Origin: Acidobacteriota bacterium
Lineage (GTDB): Bacteria > Acidobacteriota > UBA890 > WLXD01
Assembly (NCBI GenBank): GCA_965248695.1
Contig: CBDFKD010000002.1
Coordinates: forward strand, 1,888,001-1,952,000
Length of the DNA: 64,000 nt
Direction: 5' to 3'
The notes below the pieces were generated by a model, which searched no databases, had not been told where the DNA came from, and worked only from the letters and a program-made list of their open reading frames with translations. Positions within the stretch are counted from its first letter, which is position 1. Every line of letters starts with the position of its first letter. Below are positions 9,435 through 18,367 of the stretch, piece after piece. The position numbers and the translations under genes were made by a program.

Positions 9435-10187
9435 ATGCCTGAGCGGGAATCCGAGCCCTCGGCGCCGACGACGGTTCCCCCGTACTCGCGCGACGGCCAC
9501 CCGCCGCTCGACCCCGACGCCAAGACCGGCGCGCACCAACCGCAACGGAGCTGGCAACGATGGCCGGTGATGATTGCCACCGTGCTTTTCGTGGCGATCC
9601 AGGCGGGCCCGTGGATTTTGGGGACGGTCGGACGCTGGCTGGTCGTCGAGGATGAGATTGGACAGGCGGACGCCATCTTCGTCCATGACGGCGATTTCCC
9701 GTTCCGAGAGATGGAAGCGGCGGAGCTCTACAGTCAGGGCCTCGCGCCTGAGGTCTGGATCGCTCGGGTGCGCCCCACCGACCGCAGCCGCGCCCTCGAA
9801 CGCCTGGGCGTCCGCATGCCCGGATCGGAATACTGGCGGGGCCAGGTGCTGCAGCGCTTGGGCGTTCCGGCGAGTGCGATCCGTCTGCTCGACGAGCCGG
9901 TGAGGAACACCCGTGACGAGATCGAGACAGTGCGCAACGAGATGGGTCGGTTAGACCGTTTGGGCGTCATCCTGGTCACGTCGAAGGCGCACTCGCGCCG
10001 CGTCGGCACGCTGTGGCGGCAGGCAAACGACTCCACCCTCGAGGGTGCGGTGCGCTGGTCGCGCTCCGACCCCTTCGATCCAGACCGGTGGTGGACGAAC
10101 ACCACGGACGGCGAAGCCGTAGTGAATGAGCTGGTCGGCCTCCTCGACGCGTGGGTCGGGGCGGGGTGGCGGCCAGAGAGAGACTAG
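9435..10187 (+). CDS. YdcF/DUF218 family envelope protein
   Basis: N-terminal TM, ADAIFV, LGVPASAI, NTRDE, ILVTSKAHSRR. ATG 9435 follows GGAG; the ORF track starts at 9339. Confidence 0.85.
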   Translation: MPERESEPSAPTTVPPYSRDGHPPLDPDAKTGAHQPQRSWQRWPVMIATVLFVAIQAGPWILGTVGRWLVVEDEIGQADAIFVHDGDFPFREMEAAELYSQGLAPEVWIARVRPTDRSRALERLGVRMPGSEYWRGQVLQRLGVPASAIRLLDEPVRNTRDEIETVRNEMGRLDRLGVILVTSKAHSRRVGTLWRQANDSTLEGAVRWSRSDPFDPDRWWTNTTDGEAVVNELVGLLDAWVGAGWRPERD

Positions 10188-10191
10188 TGGC

Positions 10192-11322
10192 CTAGCAGGC
10201 CGCCAGCCGGCGTGGAGACGCCGCCACCGCCTGCCGCAGCCGGTCGGTGGTGTGCTCCTGTTGCAGCTGGGTGATGCCTGCGAACATCGGCAGGGAGAGG
10301 ATCTCGCCGGCCGCCTGCTCGGCTACCGGGAACGATCCCGGCCCCTGACCGAGCTCGGCGTACGCGCCCTGCAGATGAATCGGAATCGGATAGTGGATTC
10401 CGGCGCCGACGCCTGCTTCGTTGAGATGCTGCAGGACGCCATCGCGCTCGGCCACACGTACGACATAGAGATGCCAAACGGGGTCGTTTCCAGCTAGCAC
10501 GCTCGGCGGAGCCACCTCGGGCAGGTCGATCAGGAGCTCGGCGTAGCGAGCCGCCGCCTCGCACCGATGCTGATTGCCGGCCGCCAGATGGCGCAGCTTG
10601 GCCAGCAGGACGACCGCCTGCACGGTATCGAGTCGCGAGTTGAAGCCCATCTCGGGGTGGTGATACTTGCGGTCACTGCCCCAGTTCCGCAACCGCCGGA
10701 CAGCGGCGTATACGTCCGCATCGTGAGTGATCACCGCACCGGCGTCGCCATATGCTCCGAGGTTCTTTCCCGGATAGAAACTGAACCCCGCCGCCAGCCC
10801 GAAGCTCCCCGCCGCCTGTCCGTGGCGGCCAGCACCGTGCGCCTGAGCGGCGTCCTCGATGACAATGAGACTGTGGCGGGCCGCGAGTTCGAGCAGCGAC
10901 TCCATCGGCGCCAGTTGACCGTACAGATGCACCGGCATGATGGCACGCGTACGAGGCCCCACGGCCTCTTCTGCCAACTCGACATCGATCAGATGGTGGT
11001 CCGGGTCGCAGTCCACCAGCACGGGAACGGCGCCGGTGCGCGTCACGGCAAGGGCGGTGGCGATGAACGTGTTAGCCGGCAGGATCACTTCGTCACCGGC
11101 GCCGACGCCAAGCGCCCGCAACGCCATCTCCAGCGCATCGGTGCCACTGCCAACGCCGACGCAATACGGCGCCTCCTGGAAGTCGGCGAACGCCGCCTCG
11201 AACTCTCCCACCTGTGGCCCGAGGATGAATGCGGTGTCGGCCATCACCTGGTCCAGTCCGGCCGATACCTCGTCGGCAATCAAGGCGTGCTGCAGCTTCA
11301 GGTCAACCAGCGAGATTCTCAT
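10192..11322 (-). CDS. DegT/DnrJ/EryC1/StrS sugar aminotransferase
   Basis: GSGTDAL, PVHLYGQ, IEDAAQAHG, PLP lysine in SFYPGKNLGAYGDAG, GFNSRLD. Confidence 0.95.
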   Translation of the reverse strand: MRISLVDLKLQHALIADEVSAGLDQVMADTAFILGPQVGEFEAAFADFQEAPYCVGVGSGTDALEMALRALGVGAGDEVILPANTFIATALAVTRTGAVPVLVDCDPDHHLIDVELAEEAVGPRTRAIMPVHLYGQLAPMESLLELAARHSLIVIEDAAQAHGAGRHGQAAGSFGLAAGFSFYPGKNLGAYGDAGAVITHDADVYAAVRRLRNWGSDRKYHHPEMGFNSRLDTVQAVVLLAKLRHLAAGNQHRCEAAARYAELLIDLPEVAPPSVLAGNDPVWHLYVVRVAERDGVLQHLNEAGVGAGIHYPIPIHLQGAYAELGQGPGSFPVAEQAAGEILSLPMFAGITQLQQEHTTDRLRQAVAASPRRLAAC

Positions 11323-11323
11323 G

Positions 11324-12343
11324 TCACACCTCAATCTCCACTCCGCCGCCGGCAAGCGAGCGGCCGATGGCGTCGAGCGTACGCACGACCGCGAGCCCTT
11401 CAGGTCCCGCCGACAGCGGACGATCGCCTGACTGGACGCACTCCAGGAAGTGATTCACTTCGGCCTTCAACGGTTCTGTCATCTGCACTCTCGGAATCAC
11501 GATGTCGCCCTCGCGAACGCTCATCCGGAAGCTGGCGAACGTGTCGACGAACGGCACGTCAACGCGCTCATCGCGCACCTTCTTGTCGTAGATGCGCAGC
11601 GGCTCCGACAGATTCACGTCGTCGAACGTCAGCATCCGGCGCTCGCCAACGACAGTTATGGCGCGCGATTTTCGCGGGTTTAGCCACGATGCGTGCAAAT
11701 GAGCGAGGACATCGCCGGGGTAGCGCAACGTCGCAAACACTGCGTCCTCGATGCCGGGGTTGATCCAGGCACCACCGACGGCCGAGGCGGTGATCGGGTT
11801 GCCGTTGAGCCAGTAGCTCGCCAGGGAGACGTCGTGCGCCGCCAGGTCCCAGGCGGCGTTGACGTCCGCTCTGATCGGCCCGAGGTTCGTACGTTCCATC
11901 GAGATGTAGTAAACGCGTCCGAGCTCTCCGTCGCTGATGTACTCCTTGGCGCGCCGCGCCGCGGCGTTGTAGACGAAGATGTGGCCCACCATGAGCACCT
12001 GCCTGGTGCGTTGCGCCAGCTCACAAAGCGCCTCCGCATGCTCGACCGTGCCGGCAAGCGGCTTTTCCACCAGCACATGCTTGCCCGCTTCGAGCGCCAC
12101 GGTGGCGAGCTCATGATGAGTATTGGTGGGCGTGGCGATGATGACCGCATCGACGTCGTCAGCGCGGATCGCCGCGTGCGCGTCATCGGTCGTCTGCACG
12201 CCGGGGAACCGAGCGGCCACAGTGGCCAGGCGTTCGGTGCTCGTGTCGGCGACCCACGACACCCACGCGTCGGTATGCGTGTAGAGGTTGTTGATGAGGT
12301 TCGGACCCCAGCGACCGGCACCCACGACCGCGACTCGAATCAC
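11324..12343 (-). CDS. Gfo/Idh/MocA NAD-dependent oxidoreductase (sugar 3-dehydrogenase-like)
   Basis: VAVVGAGRWG, GKHVLVEKPLA, WDLAAHD. GTG start at 12343. Confidence 0.92.
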   Translation of the reverse strand: MIRVAVVGAGRWGPNLINNLYTHTDAWVSWVADTSTERLATVAARFPGVQTTDDAHAAIRADDVDAVIIATPTNTHHELATVALEAGKHVLVEKPLAGTVEHAEALCELAQRTRQVLMVGHIFVYNAAARRAKEYISDGELGRVYYISMERTNLGPIRADVNAAWDLAAHDVSLASYWLNGNPITASAVGGAWINPGIEDAVFATLRYPGDVLAHLHASWLNPRKSRAITVVGERRMLTFDDVNLSEPLRIYDKKVRDERVDVPFVDTFASFRMSVREGDIVIPRVQMTEPLKAEVNHFLECVQSGDRPLSAGPEGLAVVRTLDAIGRSLAGGGVEIEV

Positions 12344-12489
12344 CGCTTCCCCCAAGCAGCTTCGCGAACGCCGTTCCATCAAGGCCGATCTCACCCCGCT
12401 TCGGCCGATGTCGCGGACGTCGTTTGCCGTCAGCGCCCCCCAACGCCAATCAGCGGATGATACCCGATCCGCCCGCCCTGCGGGGGTCG

Positions 12490-13155
12490 CTACTCGCGGT
12501 TGTCGCCGACTGCGGCGTACTCCGGGTAACGGTCGATGATCCCGCTGCGTAGCTGTCGACGCGCCAGCGCCACATGACTGCGCACCGTCGAGGTACTGCA
12601 GCCCAGTGCGCGGGCTACGTCGCGCGCCGGGAGGTCTTCAATCTCCCGCAGCACAAAGGCGGCTCGTTGCTGTTCCGGAAGCTCGGACGCGAGCTCGTCC
12701 CAGATTCGTTGAACCTCCTGCCAGCGCAGCGCCAGGGTAGGGTCAGCAACCGCATCCGCCGGCAACCGTTGCGCGGCACTCTCTGTAGTCACCGTGCCCG
12801 GCACCGATGAGTGGGTCGATGCCCGCCCCGCCGCACCGGCGTCCTGGCGCTCACCCAGCGGTATCGGGTGACGACGATCCGTACGCCAGCGGTCGATCGC
12901 CTTGTTGGTCACGATGCGGGTTAGCCAGGCGTCGACGGTAAACCGGGTCCGGTAGCGCGCGCAGTGCCGCCAGAGTGCGACAAACGACTCCTGCACTACG
13001 TCCTCCGCCGCTCCGCGGTCTCCGAGCATTTGATAGGCGACGCGTTGCACCCAGCGGTGCTTGCGCTCGTACAGCTGCCGGAAGGCGCCCGTATCGCCGC
13101 GCCCGGCAGCGCGAACAAGATCAGCGTCGGATAACCGCTCGGACGCATCGGGCAT
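12490..13155 (-). CDS. ECF RNA polymerase sigma factor
   Basis: Region 2 (AEDVVQESFVALW, WLTRIVTNKAID) and region 4 (LPEQQRAAFVLRE...STVRSHVALAR). Confidence 0.93.
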   Translation of the reverse strand: MPDASERLSDADLVRAAGRGDTGAFRQLYERKHRWVQRVAYQMLGDRGAAEDVVQESFVALWRHCARYRTRFTVDAWLTRIVTNKAIDRWRTDRRHPIPLGERQDAGAAGRASTHSSVPGTVTTESAAQRLPADAVADPTLALRWQEVQRIWDELASELPEQQRAAFVLREIEDLPARDVARALGCSTSTVRSHVALARRQLRSGIIDRYPEYAAVGDNRE

Positions 13156-13167
13156 CAGGCCACTCGC

Positions 13168-14190
13168 CTACGGAGTGGCGATCGCGGCAGGCTCCGCTGG
13201 CGCGGGCGCGGTTCCCTCCGAGCTCGCCGCCCTGCGGCCGAAGATCATCTTCCCAGCGCTGGTTTGAAGAACGGATGTCACCACCAGATCGACCGTCGAT
13301 CCGCGGTGAGCGCTGGCTCCATCGACGACCACCATCGTCCCGTCATCTAGGTAGCCGACTCCTTGACCGGCCTCCTTGCCCTGCTTGACGACGAACACCG
13401 ACATCGGCTCGCCCGGCAAGAACGCCGGCTTCACCGCGTTCGCCAGGTCGTTGACGTTGAGCACCCTGACGCCACGTACCTGCGCCACCTTCGCGAGGTT
13501 GAAATCGTTCGTCAACACCACGCCGCCGCGTCGGATTCCGAGCTCGATGAGCTTCGAGTCGACCTCGGCAATACCGGGGAAATCGGTAGGGTCGATCTGT
13601 ACGTCGAGATCGGCGCTGCGTTGCAGGTCCTGGAGAATATCGAGACCTCGGCGACCTCGGGCACGCTTGAGCGCGTCATTCGAATCGGCCACCTGCTGCA
13701 GCTCGTTGAGCACGAACTGCGGTACTAGCAAGGTGCCGTCGACGAAGCCGGCGCCGGCGATCTCGGCAATTCGGCCGTCGATGATGACCGAAGTGTCGAG
13801 GAACTTGTCGGGGATACCGACCTTCTGATCCTCGAGAAACGGTTTCCAGGGGATCCACCACTCCCCGGATTGCCCTTTGAGCGACCCGATCACCATCCCC
13901 AGGTACGCCAAGGTAAGCACCGCGACGCCCTGGATCACCGCTTCCGCGGTGGCGCTCAGGTCGAGCTGCCTGCCGACGATGCCGAAGGCCATCCCCAGGA
14001 CCAATCCCATGAACGTGCCTACGACGCCGCCCATCAGTACGTTGGGATGGAGGCGGTGGAGCTTGACCTCCAGCAGCACGACGACGGCCGAGAACAGCAG
14101 CCCGATGAGTAGGCCGGCGATTCCACCCGGGATTCCGAGGAACCCGATGGCCGCGCAGCCCAAGACAAAGAGCGCACGAATGATGTTCAT
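13168..14190 (-). CDS. Membrane-bound PIN/TRAM domain protein (YacL family)
   Basis: Four N-terminal TMs, LDTSVIIDGRI, RGRRGLDIL, TNDFNL, GVGYLDDGTMVVV, SVLQTSAGKMIF. Confidence 0.93.
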   Translation of the reverse strand: MNIIRALFVLGCAAIGFLGIPGGIAGLLIGLLFSAVVVLLEVKLHRLHPNVLMGGVVGTFMGLVLGMAFGIVGRQLDLSATAEAVIQGVAVLTLAYLGMVIGSLKGQSGEWWIPWKPFLEDQKVGIPDKFLDTSVIIDGRIAEIAGAGFVDGTLLVPQFVLNELQQVADSNDALKRARGRRGLDILQDLQRSADLDVQIDPTDFPGIAEVDSKLIELGIRRGGVVLTNDFNLAKVAQVRGVRVLNVNDLANAVKPAFLPGEPMSVFVVKQGKEAGQGVGYLDDGTMVVVDGASAHRGSTVDLVVTSVLQTSAGKMIFGRRAASSEGTAPAPAEPAAIATP

Positions 14191-14291
14191 TACGTATGAC
14201 CTCCGGGCCACCTGAGCGGCGCCCGCATATGAAAGCGGTATGAAGAATGATGGCGTGGATTATAGCGCCGAGGGTGGCCGGCACACCGCGT

Positions 14292-15035
14292 TCAGGCCGA
14301 CGTTCCGGGCTGCGCGAAGCGACCGCGCTCTGCCCGCGCCCAGAAGAACGGGTAGATCATGCGCCACCAGTCGAGGCCGGGGCGAATCTTGGTGTAGCTA
14401 TGTCGCCTGCCTGGGTATCGCATCGTGATCGGAACCTCGAGCCAGCGTACCGCCTCCCCGGCAATCAGGACCTTGCCGTAGAGGTAGGGTTCGAAGGCGT
14501 AGGTCCAAAGCCACTCGGCGCGCCAATCGAAGCGGGCGCGATCGAACATATCCACCCGAAACGCCCGATAGCCGCAGGTCGCGTCCGTGACCGTTGCGCC
14601 GGTGGCGAGCCACGCGGCCAGATTGACCATCGGTATTGCGCGACGACGGAACGCCGGCAAGTTTGGTGACGCTCCTCCGTCGAGATAGCGGCTGCCGGTA
14701 ACGTAGTCGGCTTCGTTGCGTCGTATCGGCCCTACGACCCGGTCCATCTCGGACGGCAGCATCTTGCCGTTCGATGCCAGTCCCACGAGGACATCGTAGC
14801 CGTGCTGCCGGGCCCATTCGGTAGCAGCGATGATGGCCCAGCCGACGCCGCGATTGAGCTCCGACTCTACAACTGGCCAGCCTGACGAGCGGATGATGTC
14901 TTCGGAGCCGTCGGTGGATCCGTTGTTGATCAGGAGGAACTCGTCGCAGGCTGGCCCTGTCGCGCGCAGCTCGTCGAGCAGCTTCGGAAGATCATCCACC
15001 TGATCGAAGACCGGAGAGAAACCGAGCACCTTCAA
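14292..15035 (-). CDS. GT2 glycosyltransferase (polyprenol-phosphate glycosyltransferase-like)
   Basis: INNGSTDGS, NRGVG, DYVTGSRY, TDATCGYRAF, EVPI. TTG start 15035 overlaps the upstream stop; ATG 15050 is an alternative. Confidence 0.88.
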   Translation of the reverse strand: MKVLGFSPVFDQVDDLPKLLDELRATGPACDEFLLINNGSTDGSEDIIRSSGWPVVESELNRGVGWAIIAATEWARQHGYDVLVGLASNGKMLPSEMDRVVGPIRRNEADYVTGSRYLDGGASPNLPAFRRRAIPMVNLAAWLATGATVTDATCGYRAFRVDMFDRARFDWRAEWLWTYAFEPYLYGKVLIAGEAVRWLEVPITMRYPGRRHSYTKIRPGLDWWRMIYPFFWARAERGRFAQPGTSA

Positions 15036-15895
15036 AGAAAGTCGCTCCATTCCTCCGGTACCCAGTCCTCGACCTGTCGATCGTCTGGCGGTACGTGCGC
15101 CCACGGATAGTCGCGGTCGACGCAGCGAATCCATGGGTAGGGCTGTAGGACTTCGCCACCGACCTTGTGCAGGATACGGCGACAATCAATGCGATTCTCC
15201 GCCGGCGATCCGTCCATGAACGCGAACGCCGGCACCTCGCCGCCCACTTTGGAGTTGGCGCCGACGACTGCGTGCACGCCGAGGCGCGCTCCTGGGAGAA
15301 CCGTGGCGTGCACCGCGATGACGCAGAACGGCGCCACCAGTGGCGGTTCCTCCACAGCGAACACCGGGAAGGCCCGATCGTTGGTGAACACGACGAACGG
15401 ATGTACCCACACGAACGGGCCGATCCGGGTGCCCGAACCGACCGTTACATACGAGTGCAACCGTACGTAGTCGCCGATCTCGACGTTCAGCTGGATGTCG
15501 CAGTTGTTGCCGATCGAGCAGTTATTACCGACGCGGCTATCCTCGCGTATTGCCACGTAGGGACCAGTCTGGAAGTTCTCGCCCACTGTCGTTCCGGCGT
15601 TGATGATCGTGCCGCGACGCAGAATCGATCCGCTACCGATGCGCGTCGGGCTGGCGACGTAGGCGTCGCGGTCACGATAGAAACCGTAGGTCGGCTCGCC
15701 GAGGCTGCAACCGGCGCCCACCCAAACGCTGTCACCGAGGCACACGCCGTCGTACAGAATCGCCCCCGGCGCCACATGAACGTCGTCCCCCAGCGTCACG
15801 CCGGTGCCCCAGCGGACCGATTCATCGAAGGTGCATCCGGCGCCGACATCCACATCGGGGCCGGGCAACGACGTCAACCCGAAGCCGGCGCTCAT
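15032..15895 (-). CDS. Hexapeptide-repeat (left-handed beta-helix) acyltransferase
   Basis: Many [IV]GxxxxI repeats and VVFTND, as in sugar N-acyltransferases. Confidence 0.85.
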   Translation of the reverse strand: MSAGFGLTSLPGPDVDVGAGCTFDESVRWGTGVTLGDDVHVAPGAILYDGVCLGDSVWVGAGCSLGEPTYGFYRDRDAYVASPTRIGSGSILRRGTIINAGTTVGENFQTGPYVAIREDSRVGNNCSIGNNCDIQLNVEIGDYVRLHSYVTVGSGTRIGPFVWVHPFVVFTNDRAFPVFAVEEPPLVAPFCVIAVHATVLPGARLGVHAVVGANSKVGGEVPAFAFMDGSPAENRIDCRRILHKVGGEVLQPYPWIRCVDRDYPWAHVPPDDRQVEDWVPEEWSDFL

Positions 15896-15959
15896 CGCAA
15901 CTTCCCCTCTGTCCCGGGCTCGCTGGTTAGCGTCACGAACCTGTCCCACGTTGGACCGT

Positions 15960-17228
15960 CTATGCCTTCAGCGACACCCAACGCACGAGCTGGTTGATCA
16001 GCAGCTTCCCGTCCCATGGAGACTCCTGCACGTTCATCAAACCGGGCCGCACGCATCGCGCCGCGCCCGCAAGTGTCGCAGCCTCGGCAAAGGCGCGCGC
16101 CTCGTGATCGTCGCCGAGTGCCAATCCGACCGTCTGTACCCGGGGGTCGATCAACGGCACGATCTGGCGCCATGACTCCACCGCCGTGAGAAACACCGTA
16201 CGCGACTGAACGGCCTCGTTGAGCGACACATCGGTGTCCATGCAAACGGTCCAGTTGGCACCATCGCGGGACGCGATCACGTCGCGCTTCTCATCGAGCG
16301 CCCATTCTGCACGGACGTTGGCAATCTGTACCGTCGTGTAGGCATCGAGATCGGGTTTGGGTGGAAGCCGTTCGAGCGCTGCAGCAAAGCGTGCGCCGAC
16401 ATCGCCCAACGCGCCGTTGCCTCCCTCGACGAAGATCGTCTGCGGCGAGGAACAGGCGCGTTGATCGAAGATCGCGATATCGCGCACGAACGACGCGACC
16501 ACATCGTCGAGCTCCGCAGGCTGCGAGTGAAGGGCGGCGCCGATCACGCCGATCGAATATTTGGGACCGAACTCGACGCTCACACAATGCGGCAGCTGTG
16601 GTAGCGCTCGGATGCCTTCGATGGCGGCCTGGCCGCCCCAGGTCACCTTGGCATCGGCGGCCAGCGACATCGCCGCGCCCGGGTGGCGCTCGCTCGAGCT
16701 GTACCAGACGACTGCCAGGCAGGCACACAGCTCGTCACCCGACAGGCCTTGGACGGAACACCCGGCGAGCACCTCGAGCATCGCGTCGATCCCACCCGGC
16801 TCGGCGTCGGCAAGCTTGACCAAACAGACGTTTCTGGCCAACAACGCCGGCACCAGGGCGAAGATAGGCAGTGTCGGCACGTTGCCGGCCATCCACATCG
16901 ACACCAGGCCGTGCGGCATTGCGGCGAGCTGCCGGTCGTCTGCGTCGATGAAGCCATCCAGCGCGGCGACACGGTCACCCAGATTCAGGGCCAACATCTT
17001 TTCGAGGTTGGATGGCCGTAGCCATGCGGACAGGAACGTCAGCCCGTCGAGTCCCCGGGTACGGGGGTCCTCCAGCAGACGGCTGCCGAAGAGCCCCAGC
17101 AACTCCAGCAGCGAGACGGTCGATGCTGCGGCCATCCAGGCCCGCCGGGATGGCAGCTCGCCAACGATCGTTTCCAGGTCATCGAACGCCTCCGTCCGGG
17201 TGCCGGGTCTAAAGTGGACGCCGCTCAT
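15960..17228 (-). CDS. luxC: LuxC-family acyl-CoA/acyl-protein reductase
   Basis: AGNVP, WGGQAAI, FGPKYS, catalytic Cys in FDQRACSSPQ, PWDG. ATGA-coupled to luxE. Confidence 0.88.
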   Translation of the reverse strand: MSGVHFRPGTRTEAFDDLETIVGELPSRRAWMAAASTVSLLELLGLFGSRLLEDPRTRGLDGLTFLSAWLRPSNLEKMLALNLGDRVAALDGFIDADDRQLAAMPHGLVSMWMAGNVPTLPIFALVPALLARNVCLVKLADAEPGGIDAMLEVLAGCSVQGLSGDELCACLAVVWYSSSERHPGAAMSLAADAKVTWGGQAAIEGIRALPQLPHCVSVEFGPKYSIGVIGAALHSQPAELDDVVASFVRDIAIFDQRACSSPQTIFVEGGNGALGDVGARFAAALERLPPKPDLDAYTTVQIANVRAEWALDEKRDVIASRDGANWTVCMDTDVSLNEAVQSRTVFLTAVESWRQIVPLIDPRVQTVGLALGDDHEARAFAEAATLAGAARCVRPGLMNVQESPWDGKLLINQLVRWVSLKA

Positions 17229-18367
17229 TGCTTCGCCGCGAAGGTGTCGCCGCAACCACGCACCTCGGCACGCTCTACACGGCGGGTGAACCGAAAGTGC
17301 TGCCCGGACCGCCCGCACGGGCAATCGTCGACGCCAATCAGCGTTCCCTGAGCTTCAGTGAGCAACGCTTGGCCCGGATAGCTGGTCGGCAGCACGCTCA
17401 CGACCTCGATGATCCCGGTCTCGCCTGGAGCCACCGGCTCGAGTGTATGGGGTCGGCGGATCACCACGTCGGCGAACGCCGGAGCGTGCTTGTTGCCGGC
17501 CGGACAATCGACGAAGACCGTGCCGACCTGTTCGACCATGCCGTAGAAATCGAGTACCGCCTGGCTGCCGGTGCCCAAGACCTCGCTGACGCGGTCGTTG
17601 AAGACAGCTTTGGACACAGCGTAGGCCTCCAGCTTCTTCCAGCCTCCCGAATGCAACAGGACCGCGGCCGAGGCATCGAAACCGGCGCCGCGCTCCTCGG
17701 CGGGGCCGACGAACCGCGTCCACACGATGAACGTGAAACCGAAGATCAGCACCGGCTCGTCGCCATGCGACTCGAAGAAGGCGTCGATCGCTTCCCAGTC
17801 AGGCTCGAGGCGCCCGTCGCTTGTCGAGCGCAGCGCATAGGTGGTGGATTTCGCGAAGCTGCCAATGCCTCGTATGGCGGCGCCACGGGCCGTCAGCACA
17901 TCTCCGGCGGCGGCGGCCTCCTCGGCGTCGATGACGAGATAGGGACGTCGGCTGCCGCCCACCGCGTCCTTGAGAATCGACACCAGCGCCCGCGCCTGAC
18001 GGAACGCCGTCGTCTTGTCGATGAAGATACGGCTGGGAGACTGGCCGCTGGTCGACGATGAATGAAGCTCTCGCACGACTTGATCCGACGGCACCGCAGA
18101 CAACTCGAAGCGCTTGAACATGGTGACTGGCAACGGCGGCACATCGGCGACCCGTGTCCATTCCGACGGGTCGGTACCCAGACGAGCGAGGAAACGCCCA
18201 TAGGGAGGACAGGCGGCCGCCACCTGCTCGCACAACGGCCGCAAGATCGCCAGGAGACTGCGTTCCTTGTCGGCCTGCGGCGTCGAGAACTGATCTCCGC
18301 CGATCAGTGCGTCGATCGCCTCGGCCACCTCGACATGGCCGGCGTCGACCAGATCGCTAGTGCTCAT
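17225..18367 (-). CDS. luxE: LuxE-family acyl-protein synthetase
   Basis: SSSTSGQSPSRI, FGFTF, HSGGWKKL, DFYGMVEQVG, SYPG, C-terminal acylated Cys motif EVRGC. Confidence 0.9.
   Translation of the reverse strand: MSTSDLVDAGHVEVAEAIDALIGGDQFSTPQADKERSLLAILRPLCEQVAAACPPYGRFLARLGTDPSEWTRVADVPPLPVTMFKRFELSAVPSDQVVRELHSSSTSGQSPSRIFIDKTTAFRQARALVSILKDAVGGSRRPYLVIDAEEAAAAGDVLTARGAAIRGIGSFAKSTTYALRSTSDGRLEPDWEAIDAFFESHGDEPVLIFGFTFIVWTRFVGPAEERGAGFDASAAVLLHSGGWKKLEAYAVSKAVFNDRVSEVLGTGSQAVLDFYGMVEQVGTVFVDCPAGNKHAPAFADVVIRRPHTLEPVAPGETGIIEVVSVLPTSYPGQALLTEAQGTLIGVDDCPCGRSGQHFRFTRRVERAEVRGCGDTFAAKQ

Noticed and set aside
15960-18367. Bioluminescence operon
   Set aside because: luxC and luxE are present, but there is no luxA/B luciferase, luxD or luxG. 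The context is ACP and glycan genes.
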